Positions 45,687-56,122 are shown, counted from the first letter of the stretch. The stretch: DNA of 64,000 nt from Candidatus Marinacidobacterium sp. (GCA_965220965.1 OZ244852.1:1920001-1984000), one strand, 5' to 3'. Translations and numbers: made by a program. Notes: generated from the letters alone by a model not told the origin.

Positions 45687-46583
45687 ATGACCGTCGAGCT
45701 CAGGCAAAAGCCCCTCACCGCCAAGGACTTCAAGGGCAAGGTCGAGCCCGACTGGTGTCCGGGGTGCGGTGACTTCGCGCTCCTGCGCGCGACGCAGATG
45801 TCCGTGGCGCAGCTCGGACTCCAGCCGCACGACATCGTGTGCGTGAGCGGCATCGGCTGCTCCTCGAACTTCCCCGGGTTCTTCGGGACCTACGGGATGC
45901 ACACCCTGCACGGCCGCGCGCTCGCGGTGGCGACCGGCGTGAAGATGGCGAACCAGAACCTCCAGGTCCTGGTCACCGGCGGCGACGGCGACGGCTACGG
46001 CATCGGCGGGAACCACTTCACCCACACCGCCCGCCGCAACGTGGACCTGACCTATCTGGTCATGAACAACCAGATCTACGGGCTGACCACCGGCCAGGTG
46101 TCTCCCAGCAGCAGCGTGGGGATGAAGACCAAGAGCACGCCGTACGGCAACATCGAGCGGCCGATCAACCCGATCACCTCCGCGATCATGAACGGGGCGA
46201 CCTATGTGGCGCGCGGGTTCTCGGGCAACATCAAGCAACTCGTGACGCTGATCAAGGGCGCGATCACCCACCCCGGGTTCGCGGTGATCGACGTGTTCAG
46301 CCCCTGCGTCACCTTCAACCGGGACAACACCTACGACTTCTTCCGCTCCCGCATCGTTCCGCTCGAAGACGAGGAGCACGACGCTTCGGACTGGAAGAGC
46401 GCCTGCGAGCGGGCCCTCGAGTGGGGCGAGCGGATCTACACCGGCCTGTTCTACCAGGACCCGGCGACCGCGCCGCTCCACGCCCTCGAGCCGATCCTCG
46501 ACGACGACGCCCCCCCGGTGTGCCGGGTTCCCGAGCCGCTGACCGAGGAGCAGGCGAACCGCATCCTCCAGCGGATGATGTAG
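45687..46583 (+). CDS. 2-oxoacid:ferredoxin oxidoreductase beta subunit
   Basis: WCPGCGDF, SGIGCSS, HTLHGR, GGDGDGYGIGGNH, NNQIYGLT.GQ and SPCVTFN motifs. Confidence 0.95.
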   Translation: MTVELRQKPLTAKDFKGKVEPDWCPGCGDFALLRATQMSVAQLGLQPHDIVCVSGIGCSSNFPGFFGTYGMHTLHGRALAVATGVKMANQNLQVLVTGGDGDGYGIGGNHFTHTARRNVDLTYLVMNNQIYGLTTGQVSPSSSVGMKTKSTPYGNIERPINPITSAIMNGATYVARGFSGNIKQLVTLIKGAITHPGFAVIDVFSPCVTFNRDNTYDFFRSRIVPLEDEEHDASDWKSACERALEWGERIYTGLFYQDPATAPLHALEPILDDDAPPVCRVPEPLTEEQANRILQRMM

Positions 46584-46622
46584 GCGCTCGCCCCGCCTGC
46601 GACCCGTGGGAAAGGGGGCGTA

Positions 46623-47642
46623 ATGGCGTCGGGCGCGGGGCCGCCTGACGCTTCCGGGATGGCGACGGACGCCGCGCCTCCCCCGGACCTCTCGCTCCGG
46701 CCCCGCTTCGGCCTCGCCGAGGCGGCGCTCACCGGCGTGGTGCTCATCTGGGCCGCCAACTTCAGCCTCGTGAAGTTCGGCGTCGACATGGGGGCCCCTT
46801 CGGCGTTCTACCTGGTGCGCATGGCGGGCGCGCTGGCCGTCCTGCTCCCGCTCCGGGCGCTGACCCGGCGAAGGTCCACGCGAGGAACGGGGGAGCGGCG
46901 TCCGGCGTTCGATCGTCGGGACCTGCCGGGGCTCCTGTTCGCGGCGTTCACCGGGCACGCCCTCTTCCAGATCGGCTACATCCACGGCACGGATCTGTCG
47001 TCGGCGACCAGCGCCGCGCTGATCCTCGGGCTGACGCCGGTCGCCATCGCCGTCATCGCGTGGGTGACCCGCACCGAGGCGTTTTCCCGCCCGGCCGCGT
47101 TCGGCCTGGCGCTCTCGGTGGCGGGGGTCGCGCTCGTTTCGGGAACCGAGGTGGGCGCCGCAGCGCATCTGGGCAACGCCGGGCTCGCGATGGCCATGCT
47201 GGCCTGGGCGGTCTACACCGTCCGCTCGGCGCCGCTCGTCCGGAAGTACGGGCCCCTCCGCGTCACGACCTGGTGCTGCGCCCTCGGGATGGGCATGCTC
47301 CTCATCCCGGCGCCCTTCTCGGTGTCCGCGGCCGATTTCCTGATGATGCCGTCCGCCTGGTGGGCGACCGCGCTGGTGTCGGGCGGAGGAGCGATCACCG
47401 CGGCGCACCTGCTGTGGGGGTTCGCCACGGTGCGCCTCGGCCCGACGCTGACCGGGATTTTCTCGAACCTCACCCCCCTGCCCGCGCTGGCGCTCTCCGC
47501 TCTCTGGCTCGGGGAGCCGCTCGGAGCGGCGCGGGTCGCCGGGGCCGTGCTGATCGTGGCCGGCGTCGCGGTGGCGCGGACCCGGCGCCGTTGGTCCGGC
47601 GGGGGTTTTCCCCGTAGAATGACGGATCGCGCCACCGCGTGA
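46623..47642 (+). CDS. EamA/DMT family transporter
   Basis: About ten TM helices, IWAANF..VK, AALI..LTP, NLTP, LGE....R.AG..LI..G; alternative start at 46659. Confidence 0.88.
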   Translation: MASGAGPPDASGMATDAAPPPDLSLRPRFGLAEAALTGVVLIWAANFSLVKFGVDMGAPSAFYLVRMAGALAVLLPLRALTRRRSTRGTGERRPAFDRRDLPGLLFAAFTGHALFQIGYIHGTDLSSATSAALILGLTPVAIAVIAWVTRTEAFSRPAAFGLALSVAGVALVSGTEVGAAAHLGNAGLAMAMLAWAVYTVRSAPLVRKYGPLRVTTWCCALGMGMLLIPAPFSVSAADFLMMPSAWWATALVSGGGAITAAHLLWGFATVRLGPTLTGIFSNLTPLPALALSALWLGEPLGAARVAGAVLIVAGVAVARTRRRWSGGGFPRRMTDRATA

Positions 47643-47674
47643 AACAGCGCCCAAACCCTCGGAGCCACCTCGAA

Positions 47675-48553
47675 ATGCCCACCGAATTCCGTCTCAAGAC
47701 CGGCCTCGCCGACATGCTCAAGGGCGGCGTCATCATGGACGTGACAAACGCCGAGCAGGCGCGGATCGCCGAGGAGGCCGGCGCGGTCAGCGTCATGGCG
47801 CTCGAGCGGGTGCCCGCCGACATCCGGCGCGACGGCGGCGTGGCGCGCATGTCCTCGCCGCAGAAGATCCAGGAGATCCAGGAGGCGGTGAACATCCCGG
47901 TGATGGCGAAGGTCCGCATCGGGCACTTCGCCGAAGCGCAGATCCTCGAGGCCATGAAGGTGGACTTCGTGGACGAGAGCGAGGTCCTGACCCCGGCCGA
48001 TGACGCGAACCACATCGACAAGCACGCGTTCACCGTGCCGTTCGTGTGCGGATGCCGGAACCTCGGCGAGGCGCTTCGCCGGATCGGCGAAGGAGCGGCG
48101 CTCATCCGGACCAAGGGCGAGGCGGGCTCGGGAGACATCGTGGAGGCGGTTCGCCACCTTCGCAGGATCCGCTCCCAGCTCCGGCGGCTGAGCGTCATGG
48201 ACGACGACGAGCTGATGGCGGAAGCCAAGGAACTGCGGGCCCCCTTCGAGGTCGTCCGCCAGGTCGCGCGCGAGGGACAGCTTCCGGTGCCCAACTTCGC
48301 CGCCGGCGGCATCGCGACGCCAGCGGACGCCGCGCTCTGCATGCAGCTCGGCGCTGAGTCGGTGTTCGTGGGTTCGGGGATCTTCAAGTCGGAGGATCCG
48401 CCGCCCCGGGCGCGCGCCATCGTGAAAGCGGTGACCCACTACCAGGATCCGGCCGCGCTGGCGCAGATCTCGATGGAGCTCGGAGAGGCGATGCGCGGAA
48501 TCGACACCGCGAGCATGCCCGAGGCGGAACTCCTCCAGATCCGGGGCAACTGA
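47675..48553 (+). CDS. pdxS: PLP synthase, synthase subunit
   Basis: [51 protein letters not shown] and [14 protein letters not shown] motifs. Confidence 0.97.
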   Translation: MPTEFRLKTGLADMLKGGVIMDVTNAEQARIAEEAGAVSVMALERVPADIRRDGGVARMSSPQKIQEIQEAVNIPVMAKVRIGHFAEAQILEAMKVDFVDESEVLTPADDANHIDKHAFTVPFVCGCRNLGEALRRIGEGAALIRTKGEAGSGDIVEAVRHLRRIRSQLRRLSVMDDDELMAEAKELRAPFEVVRQVAREGQLPVPNFAAGGIATPADAALCMQLGAESVFVGSGIFKSEDPPPRARAIVKAVTHYQDPAALAQISMELGEAMRGIDTASMPEAELLQIRGN

Positions 48554-48590
48554 CGAGCCCTCCGCCGCCGGCCACGACCGGCGGCGCCCG

Positions 48591-49241
48591 ATGACCACCG
48601 CCCAGCGCGCCGGGACCCGTCCCGGACCCCCGCCCGGGGATCCTTCGGTCCGGATCGGCGTGCTGGCGCTCCAGGGCAGCTTTTCGCTCCATGCGGAGAG
48701 GCTGAACCGGCTCGGCATCCAGCCTGTCGAGGTTCGCCGGGCGGGCGCGCTCGAGGAGCTGGACGGCCTCATCATCCCCGGCGGCGAGAGCTCGACGATG
48801 CTCAAGTTCCTCCATGAAGAGGATCTGCTCGAGCCCCTGCTGGCCTTCCACCGCGGGGGAGGCGTGATTTACGGCACCTGCGCCGGAGCCATCCTGCTGG
48901 CCACCGAGGTCGAAAACCCGGCGCAGGACTCGCTCGCGCTGCTCGACATCGGGATCCGCCGGAACGGGTACGGGCGTCAGGTCGACAGCCATGTCGCCGA
49001 GGTGGAGTGCCCCACGCTCGGCGAGCCGGCGCTTACGGTCGTCATGATCCGGGCGCCGGTCATCACCCGCGCCGGGGGCGGGGTGGAAGTCCTGGCGACC
49101 CACCGGGGCCAGCCGGTGTTCGTGCGCCAGGGACGCATCCTGGCCACGACGTTCCATCCCGAGCTGACCGAGGACCTTCGGGTCCACGCCTGGTTCAGCC
49201 GTCTGGTCGCGGACGAGGCGTCAGAAAGGAACGGAAAGTAG
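48591..49241 (+). CDS. pdxT: PLP synthase, glutaminase subunit
   Basis: IGVLALQG, IIPGGESST, GTCAGAILLA, RNGYGRQVDS, IRAP and FHPELT motifs. Confidence 0.96.
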   Translation: MTTAQRAGTRPGPPPGDPSVRIGVLALQGSFSLHAERLNRLGIQPVEVRRAGALEELDGLIIPGGESSTMLKFLHEEDLLEPLLAFHRGGGVIYGTCAGAILLATEVENPAQDSLALLDIGIRRNGYGRQVDSHVAEVECPTLGEPALTVVMIRAPVITRAGGGVEVLATHRGQPVFVRQGRILATTFHPELTEDLRVHAWFSRLVADEASERNGK

Positions 49242-49262
49242 GCGTCAGGAAAGTAGGCTTCA
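49233..49262. repeat. Two tandem 15-bp repeats GGAAAGTAGGC(G/T)TCA
   Basis: Spans the pdxT stop codon; a partial third copy lies at 49216-49228. Confidence 0.75.
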
Positions 49263-49430
49263 GGGAACCGATTCCCGCTCCGGCGCGTTTCCGTTACCGG
49301 AGCCGTTCCCGGTTCGGGGGGGGTGGCGCGACGCGCTCCCGCCCGGTCCGGCCGAGGGCGAACGCCGCAGAAGGATCCCCCAGGAGGATCCATTCCGCCG
49401 GCGCCTCGGAAAGCGCGGCCACCTGAACTG

Positions 49431-50879
49431 ATGACGCAGGCCGCGGCGCTGGTCCCCCGGACACCTTCGGAGGAGAGCCGCGACCGAGGCGCCGGCGGGC
49501 GAGAGCGCATCGTCGTCGTCGGCGCGGGCCCCGCGGCGCAGGACGCGGCGCGGCTGCTGGACGGCGCCCCGTGGCGGGTGCTACGGACGCCGACGCCCCC
49601 CGGCGGGCGACCCGCCGAAGAGCTGGACGGAGCCTCGGTCATCGTGCTGGACGCGGCGTCCGGGGATGGATCCGGGGACGGAGAGGACGCCGCGCAGGTC
49701 TTCCAGCGGATCGCCGCCGCGGCGCCTCGCGCCGCCCTCCTCGTCCTGGCGAATCCCGAGGCGCCGTGGCCGGGCTTCGAGGCGCTCCCCCCGCCGCGCC
49801 CGCGGGTGGTCCCGGTTCCGCTGACGCGGGAGACCCTCCTCGGCGCGCTGGACGCCGCCCTCGTCTACCGGAATCTGCTCGAGGAGAACCGCGTCCTGCG
49901 CCGCGAACTGCGCGCCGCGACCCGGCTCGAGGCGTGGGTCGGCTGCTCGGCGGAGGCCGCCGCGGTGCGGGGCGCGATCACCACGGCGGCGTTCTCCGAG
50001 GGCCCGGTGCGGATTCTGGGCGAACCGGGGGCCGGCCGCCGACTGGCCGCCGAACTCGTCCACCGCCTCTCGCGCCGGTCATCGCAGGCCTTCGTCCCGT
50101 TCACCGGCGCCGGCGTCCCGCGCGGCGAACTCGGCCCGGTTCTGGCTGACATCCGCCGCGCGGCGGAGGATGCCGACCGCGGCGCCGGGACCGCCGGCCT
50201 GCCCGCGCTGCTGCGGGGTCGTCCCGGCAGCGTCTACGTGAGCGGGGCGGACGAGCTCGCGCCCACCGACCAGGCGGTGCTCGAGGATGCGCTCCGTCGT
50301 CCGCAGCCGTTCCGGCTCCTGGCGTCGTTCGACCCGGCGTCCCGGGCCGCCGGCGACCGCGCCTCCCAGCCGCTGCGCGGCGGGCGGCCGGAGGCCTTCA
50401 CCATCCGGATCGCGCCGCTCCGCGCGCGCCGCGAGGACGTCCCGGCGCTCACCCTGCATTTCCTGTCCGCCGCCTGCCGGGATGCGGGGGTGGGACCGTG
50501 GGGCGTTTCGCAGGCCACGATGGAGGCGTACGCCGCCCACCACTGGCCAGGGAACGCCGCGGAGCTGAGGATGTGGGTGGAGAGGGCGGTCGCCACCGCG
50601 GCGGTGTGCCGGTTCGAGGGGTCGGTGCTGCCCGACGGGGTCTGCTCCCCACCCGACGGCCCGCTCCCCGCCCCCTCCGGCGTCGGATCGAAGCCCCTCA
50701 AGGCGGTGCTCGCCCGCATCGAGCGCTCGATCATCGAGCGGACGCTGCGGAGAGCGGGCGGCAACCAGAAGCGGACCGCGGCGCTCCTGCAGGTGAACCC
50801 GACGACCCTCCACGAGAAGATGAAGCGCCACGGCCTGCTCCGCGCCCCGAAGCGCCGCGACCCGGCGCCGGACGAGTAG
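49431..50879 (+). CDS. Degenerate NtrC/sigma54-activator-like regulator with Fis-type HTH
   Basis: Receiver-like N-terminus, EENRVLRREL, ILGEPGAGR, I.IAPLRARREDVP.L..HFL, HHWPGNAAEL and IERTLRRAGGNQKRTAALLQVNPTTLHEKMKRHGL. Confidence 0.85.
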   Translation: MTQAAALVPRTPSEESRDRGAGGRERIVVVGAGPAAQDAARLLDGAPWRVLRTPTPPGGRPAEELDGASVIVLDAASGDGSGDGEDAAQVFQRIAAAAPRAALLVLANPEAPWPGFEALPPPRPRVVPVPLTRETLLGALDAALVYRNLLEENRVLRRELRAATRLEAWVGCSAEAAAVRGAITTAAFSEGPVRILGEPGAGRRLAAELVHRLSRRSSQAFVPFTGAGVPRGELGPVLADIRRAAEDADRGAGTAGLPALLRGRPGSVYVSGADELAPTDQAVLEDALRRPQPFRLLASFDPASRAAGDRASQPLRGGRPEAFTIRIAPLRARREDVPALTLHFLSAACRDAGVGPWGVSQATMEAYAAHHWPGNAAELRMWVERAVATAAVCRFEGSVLPDGVCSPPDGPLPAPSGVGSKPLKAVLARIERSIIERTLRRAGGNQKRTAALLQVNPTTLHEKMKRHGLLRAPKRRDPAPDE

Positions 50880-50893
50880 CGTCCGTACGCGAG

Positions 50894-50921
50894 AAAAGCC
50901 CGGCGCCGCGAGGCGCCGGGC
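50894..50921 (-). terminator. Intrinsic terminator, oriented for pal
   Basis: 10-bp stem gcccggcgcc/ggcgccgggc with 4-nt loop; AAAA on + strand gives a U-tract on the - strand. Confidence 0.7.
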
Positions 50922-50965
50922 CGTTCCCTGCGGCCTCAGGCCGCTGTCAGCACGTTGTCAGCGAA

Positions 50966-51532
<567 letters not shown>

Positions 51533-51565
51533 GTGGCCCTCCGGGCGGAGACAATGAACCGGTAG

Positions 51566-51594
51566 ACGGTACCGGATAGCTGCTTTAGCGTCAA
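51566..51594 (-). promoter_or_regulatory. Putative sigma70 promoter for pal
   Basis: Minus strand TTGACG, 17-nt spacer, TACCGT. Confidence 0.5.
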
Positions 51595-51658
51595 TTCGTT
51601 GTGCAGGCCCATCCCGTCTGGCGGTCGGGGCGGAGGCTCCCGGAAACCGCCCGCGTGA

Positions 51659-52408
51659 TCAGGAAGCGGCGCCGGCGACTTCCTCGCGAATCCGGAGCGC
51701 CGCCGCCCGAGGGTCCGGACCCGAGGTGATCGCGCGGCCCACGACGATGTAGTTCGCGCCCCGTCGGGCCGCCTCCGCCGGCGTCGCGACCCGCCGCTGG
51801 TCGTGGGCCGCGGCCGCCCACGCCGGCCGGATTCCCGGGACCAGCAGGACGAAATCGTCGCCGGCGTCCTCCCGGATCGCCTCCGCCTCGTGGGAGGAGG
51901 CGACGACGCCGTCGGCGCCGGCGCTCCTTGCGAGCGCCGCGAGGCGCCGGACCTGTTCGGGGAGCGGCCGGCCGAACACCTCGGCGGCGCCGGCCTGATC
52001 GAGATGCGTCAGCACGGTGACCGCCAGCAGAAGCGGGGAGTCTCCGGCGTCCGCCGCCGCCGTCGCGGCCGCGGTGATCATCGCCCGCCCTCCCGAGGCG
52101 TGGACATCCACGATCGCGGCGCCCGCCGCCGCCCCGGCCCGCACCGCTCCCGCCACGGTGGCCGGGATGTCGTGGAACTTGAGGTCGAGGAACACCTGTC
52201 CCACGGCGGCGAACTCGGTGACCGCGCGAGGGCCGGCCGCGGTGAAGAGCTCCTTGCCCACCTTGAAGAAGGGCGCGGCGCCGGCGAGCCGGTCCCGAAG
52301 CCGAAGGGCGTCGTCCAGCGTCGGCGTGTCCACCGCCACCACGAGTTCCCCCGCGCCGGGGGCGGCGGCCCAGGAGAGGCGGGAGCGCGGGGCCGGATCC
52401 TGCGTCAC
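51659..52408 (-). CDS. pyrF: Orotidine-5'-phosphate decarboxylase
   Basis: C-terminal part of ORF 51659..53698: VVAVD, FKVG, VFLDLKFHDIP.TV, VHASGG, AVTVLT, PGIRP, DQ.RV.TP and VVGRAIT; GTGA overlap with pyrD. Confidence 0.95.
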   Translation of the reverse strand: MTQDPAPRSRLSWAAAPGAGELVVAVDTPTLDDALRLRDRLAGAAPFFKVGKELFTAAGPRAVTEFAAVGQVFLDLKFHDIPATVAGAVRAGAAAGAAIVDVHASGGRAMITAAATAAADAGDSPLLLAVTVLTHLDQAGAAEVFGRPLPEQVRRLAALARSAGADGVVASSHEAEAIREDAGDDFVLLVPGIRPAWAAAAHDQRRVATPAEAARRGANYIVVGRAITSGPDPRAAALRIREEVAGAAS

Positions 52409-53364
52409 GGCCGGACCTCGATCGGAGGAGCGAACGGCGCCATCGCGCCGGTCAGGTCCCGCACCCGGGCGACGTGGTGGCGGCGGCAGTAGTCGGCGAG
52501 GCCGTCGAGCGTTCGGCGCCAGACGCCCGGATCCACGAAGTTCATCGTGCCGATCTGGACCGCGGCGGCGCCGGCGAGCAGGAACTCGACGACATCGTCG
52601 GCCCCGGCGATGCCCCCCATGCCAATCACCGGAAGCCGGGTGGCCTGCGCCGCCTGCCACACCATCCGGACCGCGATCGGGCGCACCGCCGGGCCGGAGA
52701 GCCCGCCGATGATGTTCGCGAGCCGGGGACGCCGCGTCTCCACATCCACCGCCATCGCCGGGATCGTGTTGATGAGCGAGACCGCATCCGCCCCGGCGTC
52801 CTCCATCCGGCGCACCATCGCGCCGATGTCGGGAATGCTGGGGCTCAGCTTCGGAATCACCGGCAGGCGGGTTCCCGCCCGGACGATCTCGATGGCGCGC
52901 CCCGCCATGTCGGGATCGCAGCCGAACTCGATGCCCCCCTCGGACACGTTGGGGCAGGAGATGTTGACCTCGATCCCGCGCACGCCCTCCGCCTGATCCA
53001 GCCGTCGCGCCAACTCGCCGTACTCCGCAAAGGAGCTGCCGCAGATGTTCGCCAGGACGACCTTCCCGAGCGCCCGGATCGCCGGCAGCTTCTCGGCCAG
53101 AAAGCGCTCGATCCCGACTTCCTGGAGTCCGATGGCGTTCAGCATCCCCGACGGGGTCTCCCAGATCCGCGGCGGCGGGCAGCCGTCCCGGGGCGCCAGG
53201 TAGAGGCCCTTCACCGAGACCGCCCCGATCGCGTCGTAGTCGACGACGCCCACGTACTCGTCGCCGTAGCCGAACGTGCCGCTCGCGGCGATGAGCGGCG
53301 TCGGAAGCGAGAGCCCGGCGATCTCGACGCCGAGCTCCACGTCGGAAGACCCGCGCGCCGTCAC
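52405..53364 (-). CDS. pyrD: Dihydroorotate dehydrogenase family 1B, catalytic subunit
   Basis: AASGTFGYG, GMLNAIGL, EVNISCPNV, PKLSP, SLINT, GGLSGPAVRP and IGMGGI motifs. Confidence 0.95.
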   Translation of the reverse strand: MTARGSSDVELGVEIAGLSLPTPLIAASGTFGYGDEYVGVVDYDAIGAVSVKGLYLAPRDGCPPPRIWETPSGMLNAIGLQEVGIERFLAEKLPAIRALGKVVLANICGSSFAEYGELARRLDQAEGVRGIEVNISCPNVSEGGIEFGCDPDMAGRAIEIVRAGTRLPVIPKLSPSIPDIGAMVRRMEDAGADAVSLINTIPAMAVDVETRRPRLANIIGGLSGPAVRPIAVRMVWQAAQATRLPVIGMGGIAGADDVVEFLLAGAAAVQIGTMNFVDPGVWRRTLDGLADYCRRHHVARVRDLTGAMAPFAPPIEVRP

Positions 53365-54197
53365 AGCGGATGAGGGTCCCGGTCCCAGGCCACGGCGTCG
53401 GCGTCGAAGACCGGACCTTCGGTGCAGCTCCGCAGGTACTCCGGGTCGCCCCCCGGCTCGCGTCGGGCCCAGACGACGCACCCGAGGCAACACCCCATTC
53501 CGCACCCCATCCGCCGTTCGATGGACACCTGGTGCGGGACGCCGGCCTCGCCGGCGAGTTCGGCCGTCCGCAGGAGCATGCCGGTGGGGCCGCAGGAATA
53601 AAGCTGCGGGGCGCCGGCGTCGTCGAGCGCCGCGTCCAGAAGCTCGGTGACGCGCCCGCGATGTCCGAAGCCGCCGTCCTCGGTGGCGCACCGGACATCC
53701 ATCCCCAGCCGTTCGAACTCCTCGCGCAGGTAGAGATCGACGGTTCCCCGACCTCCGAGAAGCACGATCCCCCGGCGGCCGGCGGCGGCGAGCTCGCGGC
53801 AGAACAGCACGAAGGGGGCGATCCCGACGCCGCCGGCCACGATGACCGCCGTTCGCCCGGCCGGCGGAAGCGCGAAGGACGTGCCCAGGGGTCCCAGCGA
53901 GGAAATGACGCCGCCGACCCCGAGCCGCATGAGCGCCCGCGTTCCGACGCCCACCTCCTTGACCAGCAGCGAGAATCCGAAACGCTCGCCCGACTCGTCG
54001 AGGTCGCAGTAGGAATACGGCCGCCGCAGAAGGCCGCCGCCGGCGAGACGCACCATCGCGAACTGTCCCGGAAGCGCCCCGGAAGCGGAGTCGGTCTCGA
54101 ACCAGAGGAGCTGGGCGTCGGCGGATAGCTCGTTCCGGGAGACCAGCCGCGCCTCGACGTCGGCCCGGGGAGGACCGCCGGACCCGATTTCGACCAT
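53361..54197 (-). CDS. pyrK: Dihydroorotate dehydrogenase electron-transfer subunit
   Basis: PGQF, LRRPYS, GPLG, AGGVGIAP, CGP.GM and ERRMGCGMGCCLGC..CTEGPVF motifs. Confidence 0.94.
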   Translation of the reverse strand: MVEIGSGGPPRADVEARLVSRNELSADAQLLWFETDSASGALPGQFAMVRLAGGGLLRRPYSYCDLDESGERFGFSLLVKEVGVGTRALMRLGVGGVISSLGPLGTSFALPPAGRTAVIVAGGVGIAPFVLFCRELAAAGRRGIVLLGGRGTVDLYLREEFERLGMDVRCATEDGGFGHRGRVTELLDAALDDAGAPQLYSCGPTGMLLRTAELAGEAGVPHQVSIERRMGCGMGCCLGCVVWARREPGGDPEYLRSCTEGPVFDADAVAWDRDPHPL

Positions 54198-54199
54198 CC

Positions 54200-55777
54200 T
54201 CAGGCGTCCGCCGCGGTCACCCGGTCGGCCTCGGCGAGCGTGGTCCGTCCGGCGGCGACGAGCTCGAGCGCGCGCCGGCGGATCGGGACCATCCCTTCGC
54301 GCTCGGCCGCGTCCCGGATCTCCGAAGCCGGGCGCCGGGCGAGGATCGCCTCGCGCAGCGCCGGCGTGAGCGCGAGAACCTCGGCCACTGCGGTCCGGCC
54401 GCGGAAACCGGCGCCGTCGCAGCGGCGGCAGCCCCCCGGGCGGAAGACCCGTTCCGGCGGGGAGTCAAGAACCGCGAGCGCTTCGACTTCCGCCGCATCG
54501 GGGTCCGATTCCTGGCGGCAGCTGGCGCAGAGCAGCCGGACGAGGCGCTGGGCGGCGATCAGGTGGAGCGCCGAGACGAAGTTGTGGGGGTCCACGCCCA
54601 TGTGGAGGAAGCGGCCGATCACGTCGAGGCTGTGGTTGGCGTGAACCGTGGTCAGGACGAGGTGTCCGGTCAGCGCCGCCTGGACCGCGATGGCGGCCGT
54701 CTCGGGGTCCCGCACCTCTCCGACCATGATCGTGTCCGGGTCGTGGCGCAGGATGGAGCGCAGCCCGCGGGCGAAGGTGAGGCCCTTCTTCTCGTTCACC
54801 GGGACCTGGGTCACGCCGGCGATCTCGTACTCGACCGGGTCCTCGACGGTGACGATCTTCTCCTCCGGCGTCGCGATCTCGGAGAGCGCGGCGTAGAGCG
54901 TCGTGGTCTTGCCGCTCCCGGTGGGCCCGGTTACGAGGAGCATGCCGAAGGGCCGGCGCACGTGCTCGCGGAGCAGACGCAGGCTGCGCCCCGAGAAGCC
55001 GAGCGCCTCGAGCGAGAGGGCCGAGAAGCGCGACCCGAGCCGCGCCTTGTCGAGCACCCGGACCACGACGTCCTCGCCGTGGACGCTGGGCATGACGGAC
55101 ACCCGGAAGTCGACGGTCCGCTGCCCCCGCTCGCCGTCGGGGACCGCCGCCCGGAAGCGTCCGTCCTGGGGCACCCGCCGCTCGGCCACATCGAGCTCCG
55201 CCATGACCTTGATGCGGGCCACGATGGTCTGGTGGTGGATCGCATCCACCGGCGCCATCGCCGGATAGAGCACGCCGTCAACCCGGTACTTGAGGACGAC
55301 GCGGGTGGCCTTGGTCTCGATGTGGATGTCGGTGGCGCGCCGCTCGATGGCGTTCACCAGCAGCGAGTCCACGAGCCGGACCACCGGGCTGCCGCCCGCT
55401 CCCTGCCCGGCGTCGAGCGAGATCAACGGAGCGCCGCCGCCCCCGTCGTCGCGACCGAGCAGTTCGATCCGCAGATCCTCGGAGGCGCGGTCGAGCAGGA
55501 AGCTCGAGTTCGTGTTCCGCTCGATGATCTCGGCGATCCGGGAGCGGTCCCCGACGCGCACGACGAGCGGACGCCGGAGCAGCATTTCGAGGCGGTCGAC
55601 CTCGTCCTCGACCACCGGGGCGGCGAGCGCCACTTCGAGCCGCTCCCCGTCCTCGCGAAGCGGCACGAACCGGAACCGCCGGACCAGCTCCATCGGGACG
55701 CTCCGCCAGAGCGCGGCGTCGTCCCGGTATCCCGCGAGGTCCATCGCCTCGTAGAGGTCGGGGGACTCGGGGGCCAA
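54200..55777 (-). CDS. GspE/PilB-family secretion ATPase
   Basis: ATDIHIE, YRVDGVL, ERRVPQDGRF, GPTGSGKTTTLY, TVEDPVEY, LRSILRHDPD.IMVGEVRD, TGHLV.TT.HAN and a Zn tetracysteine motif. Confidence 0.94.
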   Translation of the reverse strand: MAPESPDLYEAMDLAGYRDDAALWRSVPMELVRRFRFVPLREDGERLEVALAAPVVEDEVDRLEMLLRRPLVVRVGDRSRIAEIIERNTNSSFLLDRASEDLRIELLGRDDGGGGAPLISLDAGQGAGGSPVVRLVDSLLVNAIERRATDIHIETKATRVVLKYRVDGVLYPAMAPVDAIHHQTIVARIKVMAELDVAERRVPQDGRFRAAVPDGERGQRTVDFRVSVMPSVHGEDVVVRVLDKARLGSRFSALSLEALGFSGRSLRLLREHVRRPFGMLLVTGPTGSGKTTTLYAALSEIATPEEKIVTVEDPVEYEIAGVTQVPVNEKKGLTFARGLRSILRHDPDTIMVGEVRDPETAAIAVQAALTGHLVLTTVHANHSLDVIGRFLHMGVDPHNFVSALHLIAAQRLVRLLCASCRQESDPDAAEVEALAVLDSPPERVFRPGGCRRCDGAGFRGRTAVAEVLALTPALREAILARRPASEIRDAAEREGMVPIRRRALELVAAGRTTLAEADRVTAADA

Positions 55778-55846
55778 CTCAGACCTCAGGGGCGGCGGAC
55801 GAGACCCGCCGCCCGCCGAGGTGAGGTCCGGCGAACGGCGGACGGA

Positions 55847-56122
55847 TCAGCCGCAGCAGTCGGCCTGGAACGGGCGCGAGACCTTGCATCGCACCACTTT
55901 CCGCGCCGGGATGCGGATCGACTCTCCGGTCTGGACGTTCCGTCCCAGGCGGGCCTTGCGCTCGACGACGCTGAACTTTCCGAACCCCGGCACGGTGAAG
56001 TCGTCGCCTGCGCTGAGCGCTTCCACGGCGAGGTCACGCAGTCCGTCGAGGACATCCTTCCCCTGCTGCTTCGTGATTCCGGCGTGGTCCGCGAGGCACG
56101 CAACGAGTTCTGTCTTGGTCAT
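55847..56122 (-). CDS. HU/IHF-family DNA-binding protein (variant)
   Basis: MTKTELV, GFGKF...ERKAR.GRN.QTGE.I.IPA; 91 aa. Confidence 0.9.
   Translation of the reverse strand: MTKTELVACLADHAGITKQQGKDVLDGLRDLAVEALSAGDDFTVPGFGKFSVVERKARLGRNVQTGESIRIPARKVVRCKVSRPFQADCCG

Noticed and set aside
2097-45853. Many long antisense or alternate-frame ORFs (e.g. 2097..4469-, 7660..9693-, 36487..38853-, 43472..45853-)
   Set aside because: They shadow well-supported genes, lack family motifs, and are expected where high GC makes stop codons scarce.
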